DNA of 64,000 nt, from NCBI GenBank assembly GCA_002269645.1, contig NIVC01000385.1, positions 1 through 64,000 of the forward strand, written 5' to 3'. Under the pieces are notes generated by a model that was not told where the DNA came from, made no database searches, and saw nothing but the letters and a program-made list of their open reading frames with translations. Both the position numbers and the translations under genes were made by a program. Positions 1-12,682 of the stretch are shown piece after piece. The stretch's first letter is position 1, and each line of letters begins with the position of its first letter. This DNA comes from Macrostomum lignano (lineage: Eukaryota).

Positions 1-3000
1 GCGTGTTATTCTGCTTCCGTGCACTTGTATTTTGCACGCAGTCAGTTTCTTTAGACAAATAGACACGGTTTAAGCTAGAGGCGCAGTTGCCTTCTAATAA
101 CTACACCAAGCAGTCTCGCGCATGCACAGGCGTTCGAAAATACGCTCACGGCGTGTTATTCTGCTTCCGTGCACTTGTATTTTGCACGCAGTCAGTTTCT
201 TTAGACAAATAGACACGGTTTAAGCTAGAGGCGCAGTTGCCTTCTAATAACTACACCAAGCAGTCTCGCGCATGCACAGGCGTTCGAAAATACGCTCACG
301 GCGTGTTATTCTGCTTCCGTGCACTTGTATTTTGCACGCAGTCAGTTTCTTTAGACAAATAGACACGGTTTAAGCTAGAGGCGCAGTTGCCTTCTAATAA
401 CTACACCAAGCAGTCTCGCGCATGCACAGGCGTTCGAAAATACGCTCACGGCGTGTTATTCTGCTTCCGTGCACTTGTATTTTGCACGCAGTCAGTTTTT
501 TAGACAAATAGACACGGTTTAAGCTAGAGGCGCAGTTGCCTTCTAATAACTACACCAAGCAGTCTCGCGCATGCACAGGCGTTCGAAAATACGCTCACGG
601 CGTGTTATTCTGCTTCCGTGCACTTGTATTTTGCACGCAGTCAGTTTCTTTAGACAAATAGACACGGTTTAAGCTAGAGGCGCAGTTGCCTTCTAATAAC
701 TACACCAAGCAGTCTCGCGCATGCACAGGCGTTCGAAAATACGCTCACGGCGTGTTATTCTGCTTCCGTGCACTTGTATTTTGCACGCAGTCAGTTTCTT
801 TAGACAAATAGACACGGTTTAAGCTAGAGGCGCAGTTGCCTTCTAATAACTACACCAAGCAGTCTCGCGCATGCACAGGCGTTCGAAAATACGCTCACGG
901 CGTGTTATTCTGCTTCCGTGCACTTGTATTTTGCACGCAGTCAGTTTCTTTAGACAAATAGACACGGTTTAAGCTAGAGGCGCAGTTGCCTTCTAATAAC
1001 TACACCAAGCAGTCTCGCGCATGCACAGGCGTTCGAAAATACGCTCACGGCGTGTTATTCTGCTTCCGTGCACTTGTATTTTGCACGCAGTCAGTTTCTT
1101 TAGACAAATAGACACGGTTTAAGCTAGAGGCGCAGTTGCCTTCTAATAACTACACCAAGCAGTCTCGCGCATGCACAGGCGTTCGAAAATACGCTCACGG
1201 CGTGTTATTCTGCTTCCGTGCACTTGTATTTTGCACGCAGTCAGTTTCTTTAGACAAATAGACACGGTTTAAGCTAGAGGCGCAGTTGCCTTCTAATAAC
1301 TACACCAAGCAGTCTCGCGCATGCACAGGCGTTCGAAAATACGCTCACGGCGTGTTATTCTGCTTCCGTGCACTTGTATTTTGCACGCAGTCAGTTTCTT
1401 TAGACAAATAGACACGGTTTAAGCTAGAGGCGCAGTTGCCTTCTAATAACTACACCAAGCAGTCTCGCGCATGCACAGGCGTTCGAAAATACGCTCACGG
1501 CGTGTTATTCTGCTTCCGTGCACTTGTATTTTGCACGCAGTCAGTTTCTTTAGACAAATAGACACGGTTTAAGCTAGAGGCGCAGTTGCCTTCTAATAAC
1601 TACACCAAGCAGTCTCGCGCATGCACAGGCGTTCGAAAATACGCTCACGGCGTGTTATTCTGCTTCCGTGCACTTGTATTTTGCACGCAGTCAGTTTCTT
1701 TAGACAAATAGACACGGTTTAAGCTAGAGGCGCAGTTGCCTTCTAATAACTACACCAAGCAGTCTCGCGCATGCACAGGCGTTCGAAAATACGCTCACGG
1801 CGTGTTATTCTGCTTCCGTGCACTTGTATTTTGCACGCAGTCAGTTTCTTTAGACAAATAGACACGGTTTAAGCTAGAGGCGCAGTTGCCTTCTAATAAC
1901 TACACCAAGCAGTCTCGCGCATGCACAGGCGTTCGAAAATACGCTCACGGCGTGTTATTCTGCTTCCGTGCACTTGTATTTTGCACGCAGTCAGTTTCTT
2001 TAGACAAATAGACACGGTTTAAGCTAGAGGCGCAGTTGCCTTCTAATAACTACACCAAGCAGTCTCGCGCATGCACAGGCGTTCGAAAATACGCTCACGG
2101 CGTGTTATTCTGCTTCCGTGCACTTGTATTTTGCACGCAGTCAGTTTCTTTAGACAAATAGACACGGTTTAAGCTAGAGGCGCAGTTGCCTTCTAATAAC
2201 TACACCAAGCAGTCTCGCGCATGCACAGGCGTTCGAAAATACGCTCACGGCGTGTTATTCTGCTTCCGTGCACTTGTATTTTGCACGCAGTCAGTTTCTT
2301 TAGACAAATAGACACGGTTTAAGCTAGAGGCGCAGTTGCCTTCTAATAACTACACCAAGCAGTCTCGCGCATGCACAGGCGTTCGAAAATACGCTCACGG
2401 CGTGTTATTCTGCTTCCGTGCACTTGTATTTTGCACGCAGTCAGTTTCTTTAGACAAATAGACACGGTTTAAGCTAGAGGCGCAGTTGCCTTCTAATAAC
2501 TACACCAAGCAGTCTCGCGCATGCACAGGCGTTCGAAAATACGCTCACGGCGTGTTATTCTGCTTCCGTGCACTTGTATTTTGCACGCAGTCAGTTTCTT
2601 TAGACAAATAGACACGGTTTAAGCTAGAGGCGCAGTTGCCTTCTAATAACTACACCAAGCAGTCTCGCGCATGCACAGGCGTTCGAAAATACGCTCACGG
2701 CGTGTTATTCTGCTTCCGTGCACTTGTATTTTGCACGCAGTCAGTTTCTTTAGACAAATAGACACGGTTTAAGCTAGAGGCGCAGTTGCCTTCTAATAAC
2801 TACACCAAGCAGTCTCGCGCATGCACAGGCGTTCGAAAATACGCTCACGGCGTGTTATTCTGCTTCCGTGCACTTGTATTTTGCACGCAGTCAGTTTCTT
2901 TAGACAAATAGACACGGTTTAAGCTAGAGGCGCAGTTGCCTTCTAATAACTACACCAAGCAGTCTCGCGCATGCACAGGCGTTCGAAAATACGCTCACGG

Positions 3001-5993
3001 CGTGTTATTCTGCTTCCGTGCACTTGTATTTTGCACGCAGTCAGTTTCTTTAGACAAATAGACACGGTTTAAGCTAGAGGCGCAGTTGCCTTCTAATAAC
3101 TACACCAAGCAGTCTCGCGCATGCACAGGCGTTCGAAAATACGCTCACGGCGTGTTATTCTGCTTCCGTGCACTTGTATTTTGCACGCAGTCAGTTTCTT
3201 TAGACAAATAGACACGGTTTAAGCTAGAGGCGCAGTTGCCTTCTAATAACTACACCAAGCAGTCTCGCGCATGCACAGGCGTTCGAAAATACGCTCACGG
3301 CGTGTTATTCTGCTTCCGTGCACTTGTATTTTGCACGCAGTCAGTTTCTTTAGACAAATAGACACGGTTTAAGCTAGAGGCGCAGTTGCCTTCTAATAAC
3401 TACACCAAGCAGTCTCGCGCATGCACAGGCGTTCGAAAATACGCTCACGGCGTGTTATTCTGCTTCCGTGCACTTGTATTTTGCACGCAGTCAGTTTCTT
3501 TAGACAAATAGACACGGTTTAAGCTAGAGGCGCAGTTGCCTTCTAATAACTACACCAAGCAGTCTCGCGCATGCACAGGCGTTCGAAAATACGCTCACGG
3601 CGTGTTATTCTGCTTCCGTGCACTTGTATTTTGCACGCAGTCAGTTTCTTTAGACAAATAGACACGGTTTAAGCTAGAGGCGCAGTTGCCTTCTAATAAC
3701 TACACCAAGCAGTCTCGCGCATGCACAGGCGTTCGAAAATACGCTCACGGCGTGTTATTCTGCTTCCGTGCACTTGTATTTTGCACGCAGTCAGTTTCTT
3801 TAGACAAATAGACACGGTTTAAGCTAGAGGCGCAGTTGCCTTCTAATAACTACACCAAGCAGTCTCGCGCATGCACAGGCGTTCGAAAATACGCTCACGG
3901 CGTGTTATTCTGCTTCCGTGCACTTGTATTTTGCACGCAGTCAGTTTCTTTAGACAAATAGACACGGTTTAAGCTAGAGGCGCAGTTGCCTTCTAATAAC
4001 TACACCAAGCAGTCTCGCGCATGCACAGGCGTTCGAAAATACGCTCACGGCGTGTTATTCTGCTTCCGTGCACTTGTATTTTGCACGCAGTCAGTTTCTT
4101 TAGACAAATAGACACGGTTTAAGCTAGAGGCGCAGTTGCCTTCTAATAACTACACCAAGCAGTCTCGCGCATGCACAGGCGTTCGAAAATACGCTCACGG
4201 CGTGTTATTCTGCTTCCGTGCACTTGTATTTTGCACGCAGTCAGTTTCTTTAGACAAATAGACACGGTTTAAGCTAGAGGCGCAGTTGCCTTCTAATAAC
4301 TACACCAAGCAGTCTCGCGCATGCACAGGCGTTCGAAAATACGCTCACGGCGTGTTATTCTGCTTCCGTGCACTTGTATTTTGCACGCAGTCAGTTTCTT
4401 TAGACAAATAGACACGGTTTAAGCTAGAGGCGCAGTTGCCTTCTAATAACTACACCAAGCAGTCTCGCGCATGCACAGGCGTTCGAAAATACGCTCACGG
4501 CGTGTTATTCTGCTTCCGTGCACTTGTATTTTGCACGCAGTCAGTTTCTTTAGACAAATAGACACGGTTTAAGCTAGAGGCGCAGTTGCCTTCTAATAAC
4601 TACACCAAGCAGTCTCGCGCATGCACAGGCGTTCGAAAATACGCTCACGGCGTGTTATTCTGCTTCCGTGCACTTGTATTTTGCACGCAGTCAGTTTCTT
4701 TAGACAAATAGACACGGTTTAAGCTAGAGGCGCAGTTGCCTTCTAATAACTACACCAAGCAGTCTCGCGCATGCACAGGCGTTCGAAAATACGCTCACGG
4801 CGTGTTATTCTGCTTCCGTGCACTTGTATTTTGCACGCAGTCAGTTTCTTTAGACAAATAGACACGGTTTAAGCTAGAGGCGCAGTTGCCTTCTAATAAC
4901 TACACCAAGCAGTCTCGCGCATGCACAGGCGTTCGAAAATACGCTCACGGCGTGTTATTCTGCTTCCGTGCACTTGTATTTTGCACGCAGTCAGTTTCTT
5001 TAGACAAATAGACACGGTTTAAGCTAGAGGCGCAGTTGCCTTCTAATAACTACACCAAGCAGTCTCGCGCATGCACAGGCGTTCGAAAATACGCTCACGG
5101 CGTGTTATTCTGCTTCCGTGCACTTGTATTTTGCACGCAGTCAGTTTCTTTAGACAAATAGACACGGTTTAAGCTAGAGGCGCAGTTGCCTTCTAATAAC
5201 TACACCAAGCAGTCTCGCGCATGCACAGGCGTTCGAAAATACGCTCACGGCGTGTTATTCTGCTTCCGTGCACTTGTATTTTGCACGCAGTCAGTTTCTT
5301 TAGACAAATAGACACGGTTTAAGCTAGAGGCGCAGTTGCCTTCTAATAACTACACCAAGCAGTCTCGCGCATGCACAGGCGTTCGAAAATACGCTCACGG
5401 CGTGTTATTCTGCTTCCGTGCACTTGTATTTTGCACGCAGTCAGTTTCTTTAGACAAATAGACACGGTTTAAGCTAGAGGCGCAGTTGCCTTCTAATAAC
5501 TACACCAAGCAGTCTCGCGCATGCACAGGCGTTCGAAAATACGCTCACGGCGTGTTATTCTGCTTCCGTGCACTTGTATTTTGCACGCAGTCAGTTTCTT
5601 TAGACAAATAGACACGGTTTAAGCTAGAGGCGCAGTTGCCTTCTAATAACTACACCAAGCAGTCTCGCGCATGCACAGGCGTTCGAAAATACGCTCACGG
5701 CGTGTTATTCTGCTTCCGTGCACTTGTATTTTCACGCAGTCAGTTTCTTTAGACAAATAGACACGGTTTAAGCTAGAGGCGCAGTTGCCTTCTAATAACT
5801 ACACCAAGCAGTCTCGCGCATGCACAGGCGTTCGAAAATACGCTCACGGCGTGTTATTCTGCTTCCGTGCACTTGTATTTTGCACGCAGTCAGTTTCTTT
5901 AGACAAATAGACACGGTTTAAGCTAGAGGCGCAGTTGCCTTCTAATAACTACACCAAGCAGTCTCGCGCATGCACAGGCGTTCGAATTACGCT
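1..5993. repeat. 150-bp tandem satellite, 40 monomers (array truncated by window start), CpG-rich
   Basis: Unit GCGTGTTATTCTGCTTCC...GAAAATACGCTCACG starts at 1, 151, 301, 451, then 600+150k up to 5700, then 5849. Internal variants seen are single-base deletions in monomer 4 (~498) and monomer 39 (~5733); monomer 40 diverges at its end. About 11 CpG per monomer. Confidence 0.99.
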
Positions 5994-5997
5994 TTCT

Positions 5998-6150
5998 AAA
6001 TGTTATAGTGGTTCTGTTAACCTGTAGTTTGCTTGCGGTTAGAAGTCTAGGATAAAAAAGACACTGTTTAAGCTGGGAGGCGCAGAGTGTCTTTTAAGAA
6101 GTTTTGCAAGGAGTACCGCGCATGAGCAGGCGTTGGAGAAAGTCAGTAGG
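5998..6150. repeat. Diverged satellite monomer at the array edge
   Basis: Keeps the 150-bp register and motifs (TGTTAT, AGACAC.GTTTAAGCT, GAGGCGCAG, CGCGCATG..CAGGCGTT); roughly 65-70% identical by eye. Confidence 0.85.
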
Positions 6151-7596
6151 TCGTAGTAAGTCAGCATCCCGGTTTTTACTTTACGAGTAGTGCTTTGAGT
6201 GCCAAAATGAAATTGAGAAATCTTAGTTAGTCTGTTATTTGAAAGTCGTGGTGGAAGTACATTCACTTTATAGTAGCGACATGAGCGCGGCGGGTTCATG
6301 TGAATTTCCCGCAGACAAATTGCCTGTCGAGTTTGTCTCTGCTGAGTTTTCCAGCAGTTCATTTTTTGCGCGAGTGAACTGCCCGCTTTGCTTTTGCGTT
6401 GCCTTCCAATGCCCACGGTCGAAGTGTTAATAGAGATTAAGCTACATGACTTATGCATGAATTAATAGCTCAAATGTAGCCCTGTTTGCATAGGCAAATT
6501 GCACTGCGGGCAATTTTCATGCTCTCCATGAGCGAGCGCATTGAGTTGATTTGCCGAACTTTGTCAGCTGTTGTACGTAGCTATTGCAATCCGATTCAAA
6601 TGCAACGCCAAAAACGTTGTTAAAAGTGGCAGAGATAAAATGTCTTGAACATTTAAATAACATGAACATGCTCGCGGAGAAAACTTTGTACTTGGTATGA
6701 AAATTTTGTACAAGAGAAAATTTAAATGTTGTGGTTTTTATGCAGTAGCCTTGGAAAACATCACACGGTTCAAATTAAATGTGAACTTATGTACGCTATT
6801 ATTGTATGTTAATAAATAAACCAAACAGCCTTAGAGCGAGTCTTTTTGTTTTAGTAAGTTCGCACCGCTTTGAGTAAGTTTACTTTAGGTCTTGGAGCGT
6901 GGAAATAATTACTTCATATTTTGACGCTTATGTCGACAAAAATGTATTTAAAGAGAATGAAACGCGGACATTCACGATTAATAGTGTAAAGCTGATGGCC
7001 GAGTGTATGAGCTGGTAACACAGGAAAATATGAATTTAAAGTATAGCAAAGCTATTTAGACCGACGTTTTAGCGAGTTTATGAGACAATAATCTGTATTT
7101 CGAAATTTTGAAAGAAAGCTTTAAAACCATCTAAGCGTGAATTTTTAAAGCATAATGAAGTTACTTAAACAAGCATATCTTTATTCTAAGATGGAATTGG
7201 TACAAATGAAATATAACAGCATTCTTAGCAGTGCGTAGTCGTGTACGAAAGAGCAGTTAGTCAAAGTTAAAAGTGCAGAATGACGGCTCGGGCGTTTGTG
7301 ACTGTGGAATAATTCTCTCAACTTTACTTACTATCATGCTGTAATGCAGAGAGCCGTATGATCGACTATCGAGGGACTCATTGGCATTGTCTCCTTGCAG
7401 CCATACTGCGTGCTTTGGAACCTAAAAGGTAGAAGCAGCAAGGGAGGAAATGTGAATGTACCCACAAACACCTGATAGAGTTCATATAACGCCAAAAAGC
7501 TAACAATCTTCTTCGATTGGGCTCGCCCACAGATATGCCAATAAAACACTAAATGTGTTAACTCAGTATTAAAGAGTGGTCTCGCTCGATTCCACA

Positions 7597-7660
7597 TGTT
7601 TGTCGGTCTTTCTGTCTGTCTGGCTTTCTGCCTATTTGCCTATCTGTCTGTCTGTCTGAT
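7597..7660. repeat. Degenerate (TCTG)n microsatellite
   Basis: ctttctgtctgtctggctttctgcctatttgcctatctgtctgtctgtctg. Confidence 0.7.
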
Positions 7661-8232
7661 GCTTATAGAATATACCAATACGAGTACCATAGACATTCTA
7701 AGGGTAGAAGTATGGAGAATCCGAGAGCCGCGAAGCGGAGAAATGGCCCGAGGATTTCCATCTTTCTTCCCTTTCTTCTCGAAGGTCTACGATATCGCTA
7801 TTCCTACCCTAATTTGCAAGGGCAGGCAGAAACGCCATTTCTTGTCCGGTCTATGGTAAATCCATACTATTTGAGTGTGAATCTTTTCGAATTTTCATTT
7901 CCTGCCCGCTGCCGATGTCTATGGCAAAATTCACGAGTTGATGCTTCGTATACACCTCAAGTTTACTGTAATTTCAGTTTCTCTGCTAAATCTTGTGAAT
8001 TTTACGAGTATTAAACATACAAGTGTCAAATGCCTCTCCTTGATTTAAAATCGATTCACGGTCGATTAGTGGTTTGCATCATGACGAGATGGATTTCTTA
8101 AAGTTATTCGCTGGCCGAGGACGGGACGATTCATTGACCGTTCCGGGATTGCCTGTTCCGGGTGTTGGAGCCACCAGAGCATTGGGATTGGATGCTCTAC
8201 TGGAAGATCTGGCGGCATTCTCAAAGTATCAT

Positions 8233-8753
8233 CCGTTATTAAACTCTAAATTCGCGCTAAAATACGGGAAAACGTGGAAAACGAATAACAAAAAGCAGAT
8301 ATAACATGAAATAGCAATGCATAGCAAGAAGTTGTTTGTCAAGCATGTTTTTAAACATGTACATGTAGTTTAGCATGGATAATAGTGGCTTAATCCAGTA
8401 CAGAAGGTTCCCAAATGCGTTTTGTGGGTTCTGCTTCCGCAACAAAAACTCCTCCAGATGAGAGTTAAAAAAGTGCGGCACTTGTTCCACGCATGGCACG
8501 GAAACGAGCATTGCAATGGGCCCATGTGCCCTCAATCATGTTGGTGTGGACATTGTATGGTCCTGGGAATCCACAAAAATTCAAAAGATGGTTGACAACA
8601 GCGTGATTCTGGAGCTGATTGTAAGCTTGCAAGACGTCGGTTAAAATCCGTTTACCGAATTACCGGGAGAAAGTAGCGATTTATTAATCTTTTTTGTTAT
8701 TCGTTTGCCACGTCCTCCCGCGCTTTGGCGCGAATTTAGAGTTTAAGGAACGG
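8233..8753. repeat. Imperfect ~63-bp inverted repeat pair (8233-8295 / 8689-8753)
   Basis: ccgttattaaactctaaattcgcgctaaaatacgggaaaacgtggaaaacgaataacaaaaag is the reverse complement (~80%) of 8689-8753; no TSD seen. Confidence 0.8.
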
Positions 8754-8769
8754 TTTTTGAATCTTGCAG

Positions 8770-10064
8770 ATTTATCATTTGAACAAGCTCACGAACATGA
8801 CTTTCGAGAGATCAACGTACGACACTGGGATTTTTGGTATCAAAGATGTGGAGACGACTGCTCAAATGCAGTCAACTGATGTGAAGACAAGGCAGCACGT
8901 TGCACTGCTTAACAATTTTCTGCAGTCCAAGGGTCTTCAGGACAACATCAAAGGCATGCCAGAGCGATATCTGGTGCAATACCGGAGACTCTGGTTTGTT
9001 TCTCTTAAGCGTAAAAAACGGAATACCTACAGTCAACAGTCTGGTTGGATTTCGTGCCAGCATTCATCGCTATTTAAGACAGGAGCGCGAAATTGAGGTA
9101 ATAGGGAATCCTGCTGTGTTCCTCGCCTTCGAGCGCACGTACAAAAACAATGCTATCTGATTCCGTGAAGGCTGCACGTGTTGTTGCAGAGAGGACACTA
9201 GATTCCGCCAGATTGAGGATGTTGACAAGAAGAAACTGGCTGAGTACTTCGATCGCAGCAATCCGACGAAGCTGCAGGACGAGGTATTTTTTTGCATTGC
9301 CTGGCACTTAAGATTTCGGGGCCGCGAGTGGATAGGAGATTTGGCACCTGATGTTTTCGTGTTTGGCGTTGAAGGCGACAAAATTGTTGCTCTTTGAAGA
9401 TTAGTGGCAAACAGAAGACTACGAATGCTGATAAATCAGCAACAAATAAGCAAATCAAAATGTATGCTACTAACAGCAAGGAACATTTTCTAGTTGTGTC
9501 TGTATGACATGCTGTCGCCTGTATGACATTTCTGCTAGTGGACTGCAAGGTTTCCGAGACCTTTGACCAAATTTCCCCTGGAAAATGGTACAATCCTTCG
9601 CAGGTGAATGAAAAGAATACTCTAAACGACATGATGGCCAATATCTCTATGCGTGCTGGACAATCTAACAGGTATACTAACTACTGAATCAGACCTATAC
9701 GGTGGTTACATCACTGGTTGATAAGGGAGTTTCTGTGCAAGACATTCAGGCTGTACTGAAGACAAGCGTTACAAGCGTACAACGTTACACAAAGAGGATC
9801 AGTTCCGAGAAGAAGCAGAAGCTATCCAATTGCCTCATTGAGTGTCTTCAGCCAGAGAATCGCAGTGATAGTGTTCAGATCTGTGATGGCACGACCACGG
9901 TTCCGACTGTCAGTGTCAATCCGGAATCTCCCATCGTATCAGGTGGTGCGACGGCGGTGGGTACTCCAACTGGCCAGCCTCGACAGTTGGTCGGGCCTTT
10001 TAATGCTAGCTTCAGGCATTGCTTTACCATAGCCGACATCGTCTCGGAAAAACCTAGTCATTAA
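8770..10064 (+). pseudogene. Degenerate Crypton-type (DUF3504-like) tyrosine recombinase gene
   Basis: Stitching frames gives STDVKTRQHVALLNNFLQSKG...SLVGFRASIHRYL...KKLAEYFDRSNPTKLQDEVFFCIAWHLRFRGREW (R box ~9317)...GKWYNP...NTLNDMMANISMRAGQSNRYTNY*IR (decayed HxxR box, 9673-9693)...VVTSLVDKGVSVQDIQAV..SVTSVQRY (Tyr 9786). Several stops and frameshifts. Family recognised from memory of Crypton/DUF3504 motifs. Confidence 0.75.
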
Positions 10065-12208
10065 GTCATCCGCTTTTCTTCGTTTGCTCCTTGATGCCAT
10101 GACGTATAATTACGTTTCCGTTTCGTCCAATAAAACTTTAAATAAACAAGTTAAACTTGAATTATCAAGAATTTCTAATAAAAAAATAGGATTAACAATA
10201 TTCGCACTCGGCCATCGCCCACAATGAGCGCCTAGCCAATCCAGCGAAAGGGCGGGCCAACCGCAAGCCGATCCCATTGGCTAATTTGCTGAGTGGCCAC
10301 CCCGATATTTGATACTATGACTGTCCTCTTAACTTCCAGCTGCTCTCCTACCTGAATTTTCCTGTGCAATCTTCGTGCGATGTGTGTGCTCTGTCAATCC
10401 AAAAAATCCCCAAAAAATGAAATTTTTTGTTTTCTTCGCAATTGATAGACAAGTGGTGAGATGATGAAAGAGGAGATTCTGCCTTCACATTTTAAAAATC
10501 TGAAAAAGCAGAAGTGGCTCGATAGGAGCCACTGTAAATTAAAATGGAAATGTGAAGTGTTGTACAACGAAAGTATTACGAAGCTCAGGTGTTCAGGTAT
10601 AAATGTAACAATATTTTATTGATTTTCAGAGATTTTTTTCAAAATGAAGTTGATGTCCAAGAAAATTCAAGAATTCAAGACAGTCTGGAAGACATTCTGG
10701 AGGCCAGCAGCTTCAGCTACACAAGGGAATTATCCGAATTAGAAGAAACGGCTAGCCAATGTACTAGAGAAAGTGCAGCAGCGTGTCTTCACCCGCGAAG
10801 ATTGGAGAAGGGCCCCAGCCGTTATCAAATAAGGGTAAGCTGTTAGTCCAAGTTAAATTGGTGGGTCAGTATGTGGGTGAGTCAGTGGATGAGTGGTTCA
10901 GTGAGTAAGTTAGTCTTCCACATCCTCCTACTTATAATGAGGCAACTGGATCAGCCTGAAACACGATTTCTTTCAAAGCGATCCGGAGTCTGAGGTTGAA
11001 TTTATTGCCACGACGAATTCGAAAGGCTCTGCATTGCCGCCACATCCACCGGTATTTGCTGCTGCTAGAAAGGAAAACGCAGAGACCCCAGCAGTGGTGG
11101 CGGCAGCGACAGAGACCCAAGCCTCTACAAAGCGGCCGAAGCGGCAGCGGCGGAAGCAGCAGCGGCCGAAGGGGCAGTGGCGGAAGCAGCACAGGCGGCG
11201 TCAGCGAAGGCGGTAGCAGCGAAGGCGGCAGCGGCAAAAGCGGAAGCAGCAATGGCAGCTGCAGAGACGTCAACCGTTCAAAAAAACTCGATTGAGCACT
11301 AGTGCTTATTTATGCTCGCACATCTGCTGCTGGGACAGACGATCGGCCAATCCGCTTGCAGTTCGGGCCGGGCCCAATCAAGAGGCTGCAGGAGCAGTTT
11401 CAGTCTATTTCCTCCATGTGTATCAGCTGCGAGAGCTGGTCCGAGGACACTGAAACTCGAAGAAAGCCAGCAGCAGAAAATCAACATACTGGCTGGAAGT
11501 CAGGCCCGTCTGGATCAGCGGGCAGGGCAATCAGCCAGCTTGCTGTTTGAACCACTAAATTCACTGGCGGAGATGCTCGCTTTCTTACTGAATTGCCTTC
11601 TGAGCGAGTTCTGCCTTTGGTAAGTTTCAGCGTTATTCCATTCTGATTTTAAAATCCACCTACTTGCTACTGCTTATGAGGAGTCAGTAGTAAAAGTAGT
11701 GTAGTTCCTATATTAATCAAAATTAAGCTGGAACCCAATTTACTGTCACTTCCGTCCGTTTAATGATTAATCACCCCACCCCGTCTTTACCAGCGCGGAG
11801 ATTGGGCAACTGCAGTCACCGACATGGTCAGTGTCATCCTGACGCCTCGAATGCAAGCATTGGTCAATTTCAAAGCGTGCGGAACAGGATGTGCCCAGTC
11901 TTGTTTAGCCACAGAGCTATCGGATCGGGAGCTTGCGTTTCAATCCAAGTTTTTGGGCTACATCCAAGGTATGATATTCTGCGATTAACCTAAATGCAGC
12001 TAACCCTTCTTACAATCTGAAATCCATAAAACAATAGTAAAGCCTACTTTACACTAATATAGTCTTTTTATACCACACTCTTGTATAGTTATCAACCTAT
12101 ATGCATGCCTTGTTGGAATTGCAGATGCCGTCCCAGCAATTTATGGCACCATGCAGAGCGGAGGACGGCAGACCGTCTCAGGATCTGGTCGCTAGCCAAG
12201 TGCGGCAG

Positions 12209-12500
12209 GCACGCGAAGGTGTATTCAGCACGCCAGTGAAGTATGAGACAGACCAGGCCTAAGGGCTACGGTCTGCGATGCTTCACGCCTGCCCCTATAT
12301 TCAGCAGGTCAAGGCTGGAGAGGGAGGTCTGCACCCGCTATTTGCCACTGGCAGCCGCAGACCCCCCCCCCCCTCACGCTGTTTCACAAGTCGACCCAGG
12401 GTACTCGTCCCCGCGTGTGTTCAAGGCAGACCCTAGGGCTGCTGGACAGACTGGGCTCCGACGCTGGCGACCCATCCAGTGGCTTCGGCCGAATTTGGGT
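12209..12500 (+). ncRNA. Candidate HDV-like self-cleaving ribozyme at the LINE 5' end
   Basis: P1 GCACGCG(12209-15)/CGCGUGU(12412-18) with G1-U wobble; P3 GGG(12399-401)/CCC(12409-11); 7-nt L3 UACUCGU; P1.1 AC(12403-04)/GU(12419-20); P2 ACCCA(12394-98)/UGGGU(12496-500); J4/2 CGAA with candidate catalytic C12490. Two extra U between CGAA and P2, and the P4 closure is not clean. Confidence 0.7.
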
Positions 12501-12682
12501 ATGCGGGTCTGGCTTGCCAGCCTGCAGGCCGTGGTACTGCTTAACGTACCCCCTAATGCCTAAGGTGTTTGACCGTGCCGATGGGCTGGAAGGCCGGGGG
12601 TTGTCCGGTCGCTAGCGGTCCTTTTCTTTTTCTTCTTTCCTCTTTCTTTTGTGACTCAGCTCACTCCTTCCCGCTTTCAGCT

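Noticed and set aside
1-5993. CRISPR-like or coding interpretation of the 150-bp array
   Set aside because: Head-to-tail identical units with no unique spacers, no long ORF and no cas genes; eukaryotic context.
6039-8014. Short ORFs next to the satellite
   Set aside because: No motifs, alternative starts, overlapping frames; consistent with non-coding DNA.
12531-12575. Alternative ribozyme 3' end using the GGTAC/GTACC hairpin plus CTAA
   Set aside because: The following TGCCT cannot pair with the ACCCA strand next to P3; CGAA/UGGGU at 12490-12500 fits better.
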